Shown: one piece after another, positions 23,997 through 36,451 of the stretch
How positions within the stretch are numbered: the first letter of the stretch is position 1
Layout of the letters: every line of letters starts with the position of its first letter
From: Marsupella aquatica
Lineage: Eukaryota; Plantae; Marchantiophyta
Assembly: GCA_973895155.1 (NCBI GenBank)
Contig: OZ316892.1
Location: 16,544,357-16,608,356, forward strand
DNA length: 64,000 nucleotides
Direction of reading: 5' to 3'
Made by a program: the position numbers and the translations under genes
Notes under the pieces: model-generated
Databases searched by the model: none
What the model saw: the letters and a program-made list of their open reading frames with translations, nothing else
What the model was told of the DNA's origin: nothing

Positions 23997-26900
23997 ATGG
24001 CGATGGACGAGCCGCTGTACCCGATTGCCATACTCATAGATGAACTGAAAAATGACGACATTCAACTGCGCCTCAATTCCATCAAGCGTCTGTCGACCAT
24101 CGCGCGGGCTCTCGGGGAGGACAGGACGCGGAAGGAGCTCATTCCATTTTTGAGCGAGAACAACGACGATGACGATGAGGTGCTGCTGGCGATGGCGGAG
24201 GAGTTGGGGTCCTTCATTCCTTATGTGGGAGGAGTGGACCATGCTCATGTGCTGCTGGCTCCTTTGGAGACACTCTGCACCGTGGAGGAGACTGTGGTTC
24301 GGGACAAAGCAGTGGAGTCCCTCTGCAAGATCGGGTCGCTGATGAAGGAACGAGATGTCGTTGATTCGTTCATACCTTTGGTGAAGGTACGTACCGTACG
24401 CAATTGAAACAATTGTTCCTGTGGTGTTTCTACTACGTCCTTATTGCACAGGGACTCATCATCACTTGGATGACGATTGGCCCAATGTGTTCTCCTAAAA
24501 AGCCTTTTGTCTGCACTATTCGTCCCCTCACAAGAGTGGCAGTGGATTTGCTTAAGAACCTGGTTCCGGCGTTCCAATAGTTTTCATATCCTTTACTAGG
24601 TCTTTGTTATTAAAGTATGGATGGCAGGGCAGCTGGTCTGGTCTCTATCGCAGTGTTGTTGTATGAGCCGAATTTGGGTCGGGGAATACCCTTTTTCATT
24701 CTTACTCGCGCATCACGTATAACCACGGTTTACGTTGTCCCCATGTACAACCCAATTGTAGGCTTCTTTGCTATGCATCAGCTTTCTTTCGTTTAGGGGC
24801 ACTTACTTGACCTAGAATTATCATGCTGCACCCGGCAAAATAAGCGAACTGAAAAAATTGGTGTTGTTGAGGATCTGGTCACATTGCAATCAACTGTCAG
24901 CATTTGGCATTCCTGTAGGGTTACAGTAGATCCCTTTAAGGAGTGAGCCCAACCAAAACCCTAGCAGGCTTGGTTCATACTTGGCTAGGTTATTGGTCCA
25001 GTTGCGACGAGTGACGATGTTTTGTCCATTGGAAGCAACCAGTTCCTTGGACATGTAGTGTTCTGGAATGGCTGCTAGCCAGGCGCTATCGTGTACACGA
25101 TATCTATCTATTTCGAATGAGAGGTCTCACAATTTTCTACTGGAATACCAGAGACTTGGTGCTGGAGAATGGTTTACGGCCCGTGTTTCTGCTTGTGGGC
25201 TGTTTCACATCGCATATCCAAGTGCCCCAGATCTTCTTCGCGCAGAGCTAAGATCAGTCTACAATCAACTTTGTCACGATGATATGCCTATGGTCAGGAG
25301 ATCTGCAGGCTTGAACCTTGGCAAGTTTGCAGCAACCGTGGAGCCTGCTTATCTGAAGACAGACATCATGACTTTCTTCCGAGACCTCACCCAGGATGGT
25401 ATATTTCTCACGTTCATCCTAAGTGTAGAAACTGACATGCAGGAACATTCAGCTGATCAGAGGGAGGGAACCGAGATCTGCTTGTGAATATATAGTAATT
25501 GTTCTGTAGCCCCCAATCAATCGACTGCGGAAATGAATGTGTTTGGGTTTCTTCCTATAATTCCTCATTTTACTTAATGTCAATCAATCTGCAGATCAAG
25601 ACTCGGTGAGGCTATTGTCTGTGGAGGGTTGTGCTGCCCTCGGAAAATTATTAGAACCTGCTGACTGTATCTCCACTATTCTTCCAGTGATCGTCAGCTT
25701 TTCTCAGGTATGTGTTGGGTGACAAATGCAAGTTTGACTTCAGGAGAAAGGCTGCCCTAGTTCCTCATCAATTACTGCATAGATCGAGTGTGCTGTCTTA
25801 TCTGTCCTCAGTTTTCCGAATCGTGAAGTTGATACTGTTCGTTTGACGAGGTTTTCCCAATCATATCCGCTTTCCAATTACAAGTAAATCTGTCATGGTT
25901 GTCACCTGCGGAGCGTGGGATTTGGCTCCAGTGACGTCCATGCTGCTTCTTTTACAAAACATCTTAGAATATGGTACTGATTGTGGGTTTGTCCTATTTT
26001 GGCAGGATAAATCGTGGAGAGTACGCTACATGGTAGCCAATCAGTTATATGAGCTATGTGAAGCAGTCGGGCCAGAGCCTACAAGGTAGGAATTTCGATA
26101 ATGTCGAACCTCTATCAGCCTCCTCCAACTTGTCGTTCAGGGTTTGTGTGCAACTGTATTACATTCTAGAGCTATCAATGTGCATCTTGCAGTTGGCTAG
26201 TTCATTAACTCACCGATGTCTAAGCACAGTGACAGACTTGGCGCACTAGTCTAATTTTCGAAATTGATTGACTTTTAAATCACTCAGATGACTCAGCAGA
26301 GCCTTAATGTAAAGCCTTTTGCACTTTTCTCAAAACTTTGCGGCTAGAAATAATTCTGGTTTGATGGAAAAAGTTATCAGTCTGAGGTTATATAATGATG
26401 ATGCCCTATGTCCATGAAGGACGGAGCTTGTCCCAGCTTACGTGCGGCTGCTAAGGGACAATGAGGCTGAAGTCCGAATTGCTGCAGCTGGAAAAGTTAC
26501 AAAGTTCTGCGGTATAATCAGTCCTCAGTCTGCCATACAGCATATTTTACCTTGTGTGAAGGTACGAAAACTAATGAGAATCATTGTTTATCGACTTCTT
26601 ACTAACATGTCACTTTGCTGGCAAGTCCTACTGGTTAGCAGCTCTCTAGTTCTCTACTTACTAAGAGCCTCCATTCGCAGTGCTCTGGGTCCTCAACACT
26701 CAATCAGCTCCTGCAGAACCCTTATGTTCGACCCCATCTTCAGTCAGAGCAGAACTTGTATGAGCTTAATTCTGTTTGGATGCTACCTTGACCATCTTAT
26801 AAAGTCTCTGCTTGCTTGTAGGACCTTTCTACGGATTCCTCACAACATGTGCGTGCAGCGCTGGCATCTGTTATTATGGGAATGGCTCCACTTCTAGGAA

Positions 26901-29195
26901 AGGTGTAGCTCAAAAGCACTTACTTTAGTCAAGGGCTTGCAATGCAAACGTCAAACTTTGTGAATAACTTGGCTGCCTGTTCACCGTGTTTCCCCTCTTT
27001 CGTTCCCTGTCTGCTCGCTTTGCCCCTTTGACATATGTCTGCAATGGTTCTTGTTACATTGTTTGACATCTGATACGAGTTACTTGAGTACTACTGAAGA
27101 TAAATGATGCTTTAAAAAAACTTGATTTGACACGTGTTTCTTTTTTTGACAAATTACTTATGGATTCGTAAAGTCGGACTGTATATTCTGCATCAAACCG
27201 AGTTTTATTAAGAAGTTAACGTGTGGCATTCTGCTGAAATAGCCATATTTTAATAGATATTTTGTACGACATGCAAGATACCCTATGATTTGGAAGTTGT
27301 GAAAATGTCATGGCTGTATAAATTCAAAGGATCAGCTTCTGATAGTATTGTTCTTCTCAGGAGGCAACAATTGATCAGCTGTTGCCAATATTCCTTGCCC
27401 TTTTGAAGGATGAATTTCCAGATGTAAGGCTGAACATAATTAGTAAACTTGACCAAGTAAATCAGGTAAATGTCTTCTACTCATACAGCTATGGATATGC
27501 TTAATGCAAGTTGGTCCTTTGAAATATATTGATCAGCAGTTTTAAACTCCGATAATGTGGAACTTATTTAATTTGTTAGGTAGAATCTTTCTTTGGAGGG
27601 AGCTGTTGTCTTCTCTTCTTTGCAAGTCAAAAAATGTAGTCTAAGGCTTCCCCTCACTGTTCCATTGCCATTGGCTGTACTGGTGGTACATTTATGTCTT
27701 GTGTATCCACTTTCGTGCAAAGGCAATGATCAGTTTTGACGAGGACTATAAAGTACTGTTGCAGGTTATAGGGATCGACTTACTTTCACAGTCACTTTTG
27801 CCTGCTATTGTGGAACTGGCTGAAGATCGTCACTGGCGAGTACGATTAGCTATTATTGAGTACATACCTCTTCTGGCTAGTCAGTTGGGTGTGGACTTCT
27901 TTGATGACAAGCTTGGTTCTCTCTGCATGCAATGGCTTGGTGACCAGGTAATCCCCTCCCCATCCAATTGAAGTGGTCGTAAGATATTAAATCGTTACGC
28001 CCACAGAACGAGAGATTTATTGAATGGATGTGACTGAAGTTTTGTAGACTTGACGTAAGTTGGCGTAACGGTTGTGGTACAGGTTTTCTCAATAAGAGAA
28101 GCAGCTGCAAACAATCTCAAACGACTTGCTGAAGAATTTGGTCCAGAGTGGGCAATGCAACACATCATTCCCAAGGTTCACTGTTAACTGAAATGAAGCT
28201 TGGAATTCTTACAGCAGAAATGAGGGAAAATCGGCACCTTTGAACTAACCTTGTACTTCAGACGTGTCATCACAGTGTCTAAGCTCATCCATTGGAAATA
28301 GCTTTGGGAAGCATGGAGTTAGGGGGTGCAGAGGTCTGTTGAAGTTTGTATGTTGTCAGTGAAAGATATTCTTTGGCGGAAATTTCCCTCGGGTATATTA
28401 TCTAAATGCTATTTTTCGTCTGTGTGATGAACAGGTTCTAGAGATGATAAATAATTCCCACTATCTCTACCGTATGACTGTACTATCTGCCATCTCGATG
28501 CTTGCACCTGTTGTTGGAGCAGAGGTGACATGCCAGACAATGCTTCCTGTTGTTGTCAACGCATCAAAGGACAGGTATGGCTGGTCCTTATTAAGAAGAC
28601 ACTGAGTTTGTTTTCACTGTGGTGAAAGGCTTGAGGATATCTGCTTATGTTGTTGAAGTGGATGGTCGAGGTAGTGATTGCTTGACGGATGGATGGATGA
28701 CGCTTTGTGGTAAGCCATGACCGGAATAGCAGCCGGTAATTTAAGTAATTTGGGTGTATGAAAACCTTCACATGGGCCAAAATTGATTAAGATGTGGTCA
28801 CGGCGGGTCGCTACTTTAGATTAACAGTCTGTGCTTTGCCTACAGGGTCCCTAACATCAAGTTCAATGTTGCGAAGATGCTCCAGTCAATGATACCAATT
28901 GTGGACTCTACGGTAGGTCATTGTTGCATATTTGTGGAATTTTTTTCTTGTACTTCCAAGCTACTTATTTGCTGTTCAGTGAGACTTTTTGAATGATCGA
29001 AATAGTCCACACGGAAGTCACCGGAGCCAGGGGACCATGAGCTCTCATTCACACTGTTAATTCATTCTCTGTATGCAGGTTGTGGAGGCCACTATTCGTC
29101 CTTGTTTACTAGAGCTTAATGAAGATCCTGATGTAGATGTCAGATTCTTTGCTGCCCAGGCACTTCAAGCCTGTGATCAAGTTATGTGTGCCTGA
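23997..29195 (+). CDS. PP2AA: Protein phosphatase 2A scaffold (65 kDa regulatory A) subunit, HEAT repeats, about 585 aa
   Basis: Exons 23997-24386, 25152-25398, 25595-25707, 26006-26085, 26420-26561, 26822-26902, 27361-27465, 27765-27947, 28083-28175, 28435-28574, 28846-28912, 29079-29195 sum to 1758 nt. Starts [29 protein letters not shown]; contains [27 protein letters not shown] and [11 protein letters not shown]. Confidence 0.97.
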
Positions 29196-30863
29196 TGTGT
29201 ACTTATTGTAAGATTGGGGATGGAAATAGTTAGACCGGTCAGGCTTCTACAATTCCCGGTCAGGAGTTGTTGGACATTGAGCTGGCAGCCTCTTAGCACG
29301 AGGATTTTTGCACTCACGGCTGGTATTTGGTGTAGGAATTTTTGCGTTTTCAAGTGATTATATATTACTTTCTGATTGGGACGGGATCGTAACACAAAGA
29401 TTGTAGGCCCACAGGTGGTCGCCTTCAGAACGAGGAAGCCTTGTGTAGGCCCTTTAACATCAATCAAGAAATGGGAAGACAACTTTGGCTTGATTTCCGT
29501 CGCGATTCTGATGTCATTTGTTCTTGTCAAATGACTGTTTTGCCCTCGTCATGGATAGAGTCCCAAAGTTGATGGAAGGGTATGAGCCAAGATTATGGTG
29601 ACTTATTTGATGGTCTCACTGTGATTAAGTGTCCCTTTGTTTGGATGAATGCACTTCCTCGTATTACCGAGGAACTGACCCCATGTGAGACAGATAGACG
29701 GCTACCTTGTATACTTTCTGTTGCAAGCACGGTAAGAAAGTCTTCCAAATCAAAAAATATTGAACCCGTCAATTCTTGGCCTGTTTTGGTAAAAACGGTA
29801 TGGAGGATTAAAGAATTTTCTAGGTGCTGGTGCTTCGTATGGCAAGATGAGTTTTGGCACTTGGAAATTTATTGCAATTAGTTTGCACTCAAACTGCACA
29901 CTAAATCTTGTTCATCGGCACTTTTATCTTCTAAACATTACTATTCTAACTTGTGGACTGTCCACATCATCATCGAGTCTACACACCAAGCCCTCGTCAT
30001 TAGATGGTTTTTTAAATTTTGTTGGGAAATTTATGGTGGTGTAATGCAGTTCTTTAAGAGTATGGAAAGACACTAACGCGACTCGTGTTTGATTTCGTTT
30101 GAGACAGGTCAAAGCACTAAATACCATTGCGCCAAACTAGTGGAGGGAGGTTTACAATGTTTTACAGTAAGGTTGATTGGGGCTGGGTTTTATGAAAAGC
30201 AGGAAAAATGTGGCCAGACTTAGGCTAGGTTCCATGGGCCAGGGGTAGGGAGTACGGTCACTCCCTCTGACATCCCCTGGGGCCCAAATACACTGTATAC
30301 CATGGTGTACACAGTATTTCAAATGTATGAATTTTGACTTAGGAGCCAATGAGAATGCCCTACAGTGTTTTCATACAGGGGCAGGGGGTACGCCTGAAGT
30401 TTAATAGGGAGTGTGAGGGAAAATTATACTCCTTGATACAGTATTTGTACACCCCTCAGTCCCAGGAAAAGCTGTAATCTTATTGGCTTAAAATTTTTGA
30501 CAACATCCGTACTCCTTACTCCCAACCCCATGGAACCTAGCTCTTACTCTGGCGGTGACGCCTGTATTCCCCAGCCAGCCCTGAACTCTCCCAGACCACC
30601 TCAGCCTGGTCCCCCGACCCCCCCCAGACTTCCCCAAACTCCCAGTCCCAGCGCAGTCCTGGCCCCACCACCACACCTGGCCCAACCCTGCCACCCGGCC
30701 ACAACCCCAACACGGTCCCCTCATTTGCCAGGCAAGTCCAAACGGGGTACACAGGTGAACTGCGACTCAATTTGAGTGATTAACCATAAAATCACTCCTC
30801 TGCCAAATCACAAAACTCAGGGAAAGTGAACAGTTTCTTTGACCCGTGTAGTGGAGCTCTCTC

Positions 30864-31117
30864 GGGTGAAGCACCTCTTGGTGGCTTCATGTAATTTGAG
30901 CAAGTATTCTAAAATTAGTGAAATTGGGTTTGGATGTTAACTCTAAATTTGACTGAGAATAATGGTCAATTCACACTCAATTGTGACGCAGCTTTCTTAA
31001 TCAGGAAGTTATCGAAAATCTTAATGACTTACGGTGAAGCACCTCCGGGTGGCCTTCTTGAAATTTGAGCATATATCCTAAACGTAAATCATTGAAACTG
31101 GGTTTGAATGTTAACTC
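30864..31117. repeat. Pair of diverged direct repeats of about 85 bp
   Basis: GGTGAAGCACCTC..GGTGGC..AATTTGAGCA..GAAA.TGGGTTTG.ATGTTAACTC at about 30864-30943 and 31033-31117. Confidence 0.75.
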
Positions 31118-32260
31118 ACCCTGAATTGACACCTTTACGGAAAACTCTAGTAAGTATATTCAGTAAGGAAAGAACATGCCAAAGTTCTCATCCGTTGATC
31201 TACTACTTCTGGCTAAAATAGAGTTATCAACATCAGACATTAACTTGAGTCCATTACGGGGAGGGTCCACACCATCCCGTCATTCCAAGTATCCCTGACC
31301 AGGATCTGAGTTGCTCTTTACCTCAGATCCAATGTGTCCAGAAGCATCCCCAGATTGAGTCCATACATGCACATTTTCAGGTCAACAGCAATCCCATCTT
31401 CGAAGGTCATTCCTCTCTGTCTGTGAGCTCCCAACTGTTAATCCAAAAGTATGGGTATCAACAGAAAACTTCGGTGATGAACCTGCAAAACATCTTCAAC
31501 TGCAGTGATCATTTTCCTGAGACAAGGCCATAACGACTACTAATTCCATTTAATCTTGGATTATTAAGAGTAAACATGACACGGCCAGTTCTCCCCTGAT
31601 ACAAACGGGGCCAAGTGTAGTATAGTCCCAGGTCCTGGGTGCAAGAATCTGGCAGGCGTTGAAATAAGAAATTTGTTCGGGCAACTCCTTTCCAGATCCG
31701 AGTGGCAAGCGGACATGCTTGCAACCTCCACGGAGATAATATTGTACAATTTGAAACCAGAAGGCAAACTCAAACGCCACAATATCATTGAGAACGGATC
31801 AGATGTTCAGCAAGACATAGCCTCGTCTTTGTAAAGCTGGGGCCCTGCATTCACAAAAAACTTATAATCAATTACGTTGGGAAAGAGATGCTGTCCCGTG
31901 CCTCCACACTTTGGGAAAGTGAGCATGGTATAGACTAATTGTACAAGAGTCAAATTTCTGGCTTTTGAAACTTGACTGCGCATCAGTGAAGACAGTACCA
32001 CATCAATCAAGCCATGTCATCCTCTGAAATCTAAAAACAAAGCATTAACTTGAACTCACGAGACCTCCATTCAGACAACACGATCCATTCCTGCAACAAC
32101 GTTGCATCCTCAGCGAGACTTACCAGAAGTAAGATTGATGTAGAGTGCCGATCAAATATCCCTCTTGACAGAAACAAAAGTGTTATGATGTCCCAGAGTG
32201 ATTTGATGCCTAGACTAATTCAATCCATTGACAAAGGTAGGGACATAGGTGAGGGCCATC

Positions 32261-33059
32261 CTAGGTCGTTTGGCCCTCGACAGCAATTGGAGTATCCTCC
32301 ATCTGAAGATCAAGCCAGACAAATCCAAAATTTTAATTGCAGTACATATCAGTCATGCACGTCCGCTGACGACAACCCTGTCCTAGAAGGCTGAGATGTG
32401 CATAAAGAGAGATAGAAGAAAGTACTCCGAAACTACTAATCCATTTGCCTTTGGGGGCAAAGAAATCTGAACGCACAATCACTTTTTCCTCCATTTCAGC
32501 AGAATCAGGCTCCTTCGTATCAACCAACATGTCTGTAACAATTGTTGTCTCGTTTGCCTCTTGGGTTTCATTCTCTGCCTGAGCTTGTGCTTCAGCCTCC
32601 TCTGCGGCCTTCCTTGCAATTTCATCCTTAGTCTTCTGTATGACTGCAGCAATCTGTAAGAGTCTTGAAGTCTTAGAACAATATTCAAATCTGCGGATTC
32701 TATTGCGTAACTTACAACACAGCTGCACTTCTTTTGTAAGATACACTAGTCTCTCCACTATGTACAAGCATGACGATTAACTAGAAGTAGTGTAGGTCAT
32801 GCACAAATCCACCTATTTATAGAAATCGAGCAAGAACGAGGAGCAAGAAAAAAGGTCTCACTGGTATGAATTTCACGGGTCTAACAGGAGGCGGGGTTGT
32901 CTCTTCGGGGACTGTGGCGTCGTCCTTTGTTCCTACTTCACCCAAAATGCAATTCAAATCAATCCAGAAGGCACAAGCTAGCGAGTACTGGCATTCAACC
33001 TCAAGGGAAATGTACTAACGACGGAAGGAAGCCAGAAATGTACTAACGACGGAAGGAAG

Positions 33060-33121
<62 letters not shown>

Positions 33122-33220
33122 CCATTGGACGGCGTAAGAGGAGTCCACTTGTAGAGGACCACGCGACAGGCGGAAGGCGAGGGAGCGGAAGACGCGACAG
33201 GCGACCAGACCTTTCGCCAT
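32261..33220 (-). CDS. Putative small acidic protein of unknown function, about 97 aa
   Basis: Model exons 33220-33211, 32932-32862, 32653-32483, 32302-32261 (294 nt, all GT-AG, phases consistent): MAKGTKDDATVPEETTPPPVRPVKFIPIAAVIQKTKDEIARKAAEEAEAQAQAENETQEANE...EEKMEDTPIAVEGQTT. No family recognised. Confidence 0.55.
33062..33118. repeat. (GA)n microsatellite, about 28 units, next to a 28-bp tandem duplication (about 33008-33063)
   Basis: Read directly; AAATGTACTAACGACGGAAGGAAGCCAG occurs twice adjacent to it. Lies in intron 1 of the orphan gene model. Confidence 0.97.
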
Positions 33221-34859
33221 TTGCGCACCGGTCCCACGAACACCTGCGCTGGCCCTCCGTGCCGCGTCGACGACCTGCTTCCCATGCGTGTCGCTCCGGC
33301 TGGTGCGGAATCCATTTCGTTCGACCTACTATGAATGTGAGTGCCGCTGAAGGACTGAAACCAATAGAAATATTGTGGTTCAAGGGAAAGACCAAGCCGG
33401 CAACAACTACGACGACGTTTGATGAGCTCTACGGTACCTCAGGAAGAAGTACTCGAGCAAGAAAACCTACAACACCCGCAAACAAGCAGCATCTACCGAA
33501 TCGATCAATCGTCCACGACTCCCACTGCTGATTTCCGAATTTGCTTCCGCGCGACCGTGGCACCCGTCAGTACAAGACAGGGTGAGTGCTCTTCTCTCGA
33601 CCTCAGGACAACAACTGCACTTAGTCTTACGTTTGTTCGGGCTATATGACTGGCGAACTACTCCAGACAACTCTACACTCTTATGGTTCTTTTCTTGTCT
33701 TACTAGCCTGATTAACGTTCCTTGAAACTAAATAGAGATGACGAGAAAAAGTATTCTAGGCTATATTTTCATCTTTGCCCATCCCTTGGTCTGCACCCTC
33801 TCTCTTTTTGCGTACACCCTCAATGTTTAGTTATACCCTCATTTAGTCACAGTCTAGGGGGCTTCACTCTAACCATAGGCTCAAAAGACTAGCTTTTGAC
33901 TCCAGTCATTAGACATGGTCATTATCTTGGCCGTTGGAGACTAACTTCACAACACTGTAAAGTATTGGCGTGGCTTTACAAGATGTCTTGCTTCTTTTTA
34001 TTTCATTTGGGATTAATTCTGGATAATGAATAGAAACAGGGCAAGCACTCCCTCCCCCCAAAGTAAATGCTGATGTGAAGCACTATTTTGCCTAGGAGTT
34101 TCTCTAATTTAAAAAAAAATTTCCAAAATTCTTTTGAATGAAGATTTTTGGTCCTAAATCTATCTTTAGAACAAGAAGTAAGCCTCCCTCAAAATTGGGT
34201 TTAGTAGTTTCTTCAAAGTGGGCCTCCCTTAAAATTGGGTTTCTTAGGGGGCTAAGAACTCAGGGGCAGCAGTTTTCCACTATGTATGAGATGCAATCCT
34301 AGCCATTCAAATGTGGAAACAGACCAGACTTCACTCTACATGACCTTGGTGGCACAATCAGGCAAAACCATTGCCAAACCTACCCAAGAACCTACCATTT
34401 TCCCTTGAACATAGCACCCGAGCATTGTGTTCAAAAATGGAATTGGGTCCTGTGACAAAAAACACATTTGAACTTGAACACAACATAGTTTGAACATCAC
34501 ACCCCAGCATTGTGTTTGAATAATGGCATTATGTTCGAGTTGGACATTGTGTTTGTTTTGACCCTAAACTGTTCTACATTGCTACAAACAAGTCATGAAC
34601 CATAAGACAATGTCAACACTCTAACACAGAGACAATATCTTTCAAGTATAAAAAATGAAAACATATAATTAAAACTAAATACAACGCCCCGGGCACACTA
34701 TTTGAATAGAGCACCCCATGGCCCACTATTCGAGTACAAGGCCATGGCGCTCTGTTTGGGGGAAGACAGTCGTCATCTATTAGTGGGTCCCTTGTGGGTC
34801 CTTTTTTGTTGATATTGTTTTCGGATTCAAAATATTGAATTTCTTGTCTCCAGACCTGA

Positions 34860-35181
34860 CACATTTTGACTCAGGTGTTTTAAGTTTAGTGTATGGAACT
34901 GGTGGTCAGCTTTGCTTTGGATGGAGAAACTAAACAACCCACATTTTGACTCAGGTATTTTAACTTTAGTGTATGCAACTGGCCGTCTACTTTGCTTTGG
35001 ATGGAGAGACTAAACAGCCCACATTTTGAGTCAGGTATTTTAACTTTAGTGTATGGAACTGGCAGTCAGCTTTGCTTTGGATGGAGAGACTAAACAGCCC
35101 ACATTTTGACTCAAGTATTTTAACTTTAGTGTATGGAACTGGCAGTCAGCTTTGCTTTGGATGGAGAGATACTATACAACC
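34860..35181. repeat. Minisatellite, 80-bp unit x4
   Basis: ACATTTTGACTCAGGTATTTTAACTTTAGTGTATGGAACTGG...TTTGCTTTGGATGGAGAGACTAAACAGCCC repeating at 34861, 34941, 35021 and 35101. Confidence 0.95.
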
Positions 35182-35202
35182 CCAGGTCTTGTAAAGCCCA
35201 CC

Positions 35203-35408
35203 GTAGTTTACTCATAGTTGGCCTCCCTCCAGTTTGGGTTTAGTGGTTTGCTCCCCACAAAATCGGGTTTAGTCGTTTCCTCAACGTGGGCATCCCTCAA
35301 AAACTGGGTTTAGAGTTTCCTCAAAGTTGGCCTCCCTCTTAGTAGGGTTGAGTAGTTTACTCAAAGTGGGCCTCCTTCAAAATTGCGGTTAGCAGTTTCC
35401 TCAAAGTG
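35203..35408. repeat. Degenerate ~40-bp tandem repeat, with further copies at about 34181-34243
   Basis: Unit approximately AAAATTGGGTTTAGTAGTTTCCTCAAAGTGGGCCTCCCTC, about 5 copies here and about 1.5 at 34181-34243. Confidence 0.85.
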
Positions 35409-36451
35409 CGAGGAACAGAATGTAGTTACGGGAGATACAATAATGCGTGCGTAAATCGTGATAGAAGAATGAAATGGGAGCCTCGAGCGAGGACTCGTCG
35501 ACCATTCGTGTGGTAAGACGAAACGGCGGATGTGAGGAATCTCTTCGGGAAAGTGGCGCAGGTGAGGGACAATGGGAATCGGCTTCTCTTTGTAGAAGGC
35601 CGAGACGCTGAGCAGGAATCGCTTGAGAAGGCGGCGCTGTCAATATGCGTTGAAATTAACTCATTTGAGTTACGGCGAGTCTCCCTACGAGGCTCTCGAC
35701 CATCTGCACAACATTCTGGGGATGTGCTCACAAATTCCCCCTAAGATCGATACGTGGAACGCAAGAAGAAGGACTATTCCTCGAAGCTGCAGCCAGCTTT
35801 GCTTCCCAGATCCTTTGTCTCGGCCAAAAAAGGGATTGACAAAAGATCACTTCGATCGGCACGGCCTTGTTCAGCACCGGCTCTAGTGGACACGCCACTA
35901 CATGACACGCCATCCAGACCCACCACCGCTACAGAGGCATTACCAAGCGCTCATCTGAACTCTTGTGGTAGCAGCCACAGTAATAGACCAGGCAGAAACT
36001 CAAAGCCGTGGCGAATAATTAGAATTGGGAAATTGAGTTGTGACATCAATAGGGAGACTCGGGGCTCGTCTAGATGCGTTCTCGTTAACTAATCAACAGA
36101 GGATGATGCTGTCTTTTAAAAGGTGAAGTTACCCAGTGGAAGCCACTGTTGATGTTGCTTTACAGAGCACGTGCAATATACGACCCTAAATCTTGAGCTG
36201 GTTGAAACGGAGTTGTTACGTTAAATTTCATAATGCTGTATAAATTTGGGTCCTGGATTTCTCTGTAAAGTTCATCCCATTCCATCATTGTGGTCCTTTG
36301 TTCCATCATTGCGGTCTTTTCAGGATCGAAGTAGCAACCCAATCTGCGAGTGAGGTCCTGAATTGAATACTGCTCAGTAGCTACCTCCCGGATGACTGCC
36401 CATGATAAAATTTCGACTTTACGTTCCTGACTTAACTGTCCACTAGTGTTA

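Noticed and set aside
30497-30775. Proline-rich, extensin-like ORF
   Set aside because: Arises from C-rich low-complexity DNA; no signal peptide, SP4 motifs or splice structure.
32978-33395. ORFs with SLSLSL runs
   Set aside because: Translation through the (GA)n microsatellite within an intron.
34860-35181. Regularly spaced repeats resembling a CRISPR array
   Set aside because: Whole 80-bp units repeat with no unique spacers, there are no cas genes, and the context is eukaryotic.
36031-36050. 20-bp near match in inverted orientation to about 43338-43357 (AATTGAGTTGTGACAYCAAT), hinting at an inversion
   Set aside because: The flanks do not align; could be chance.
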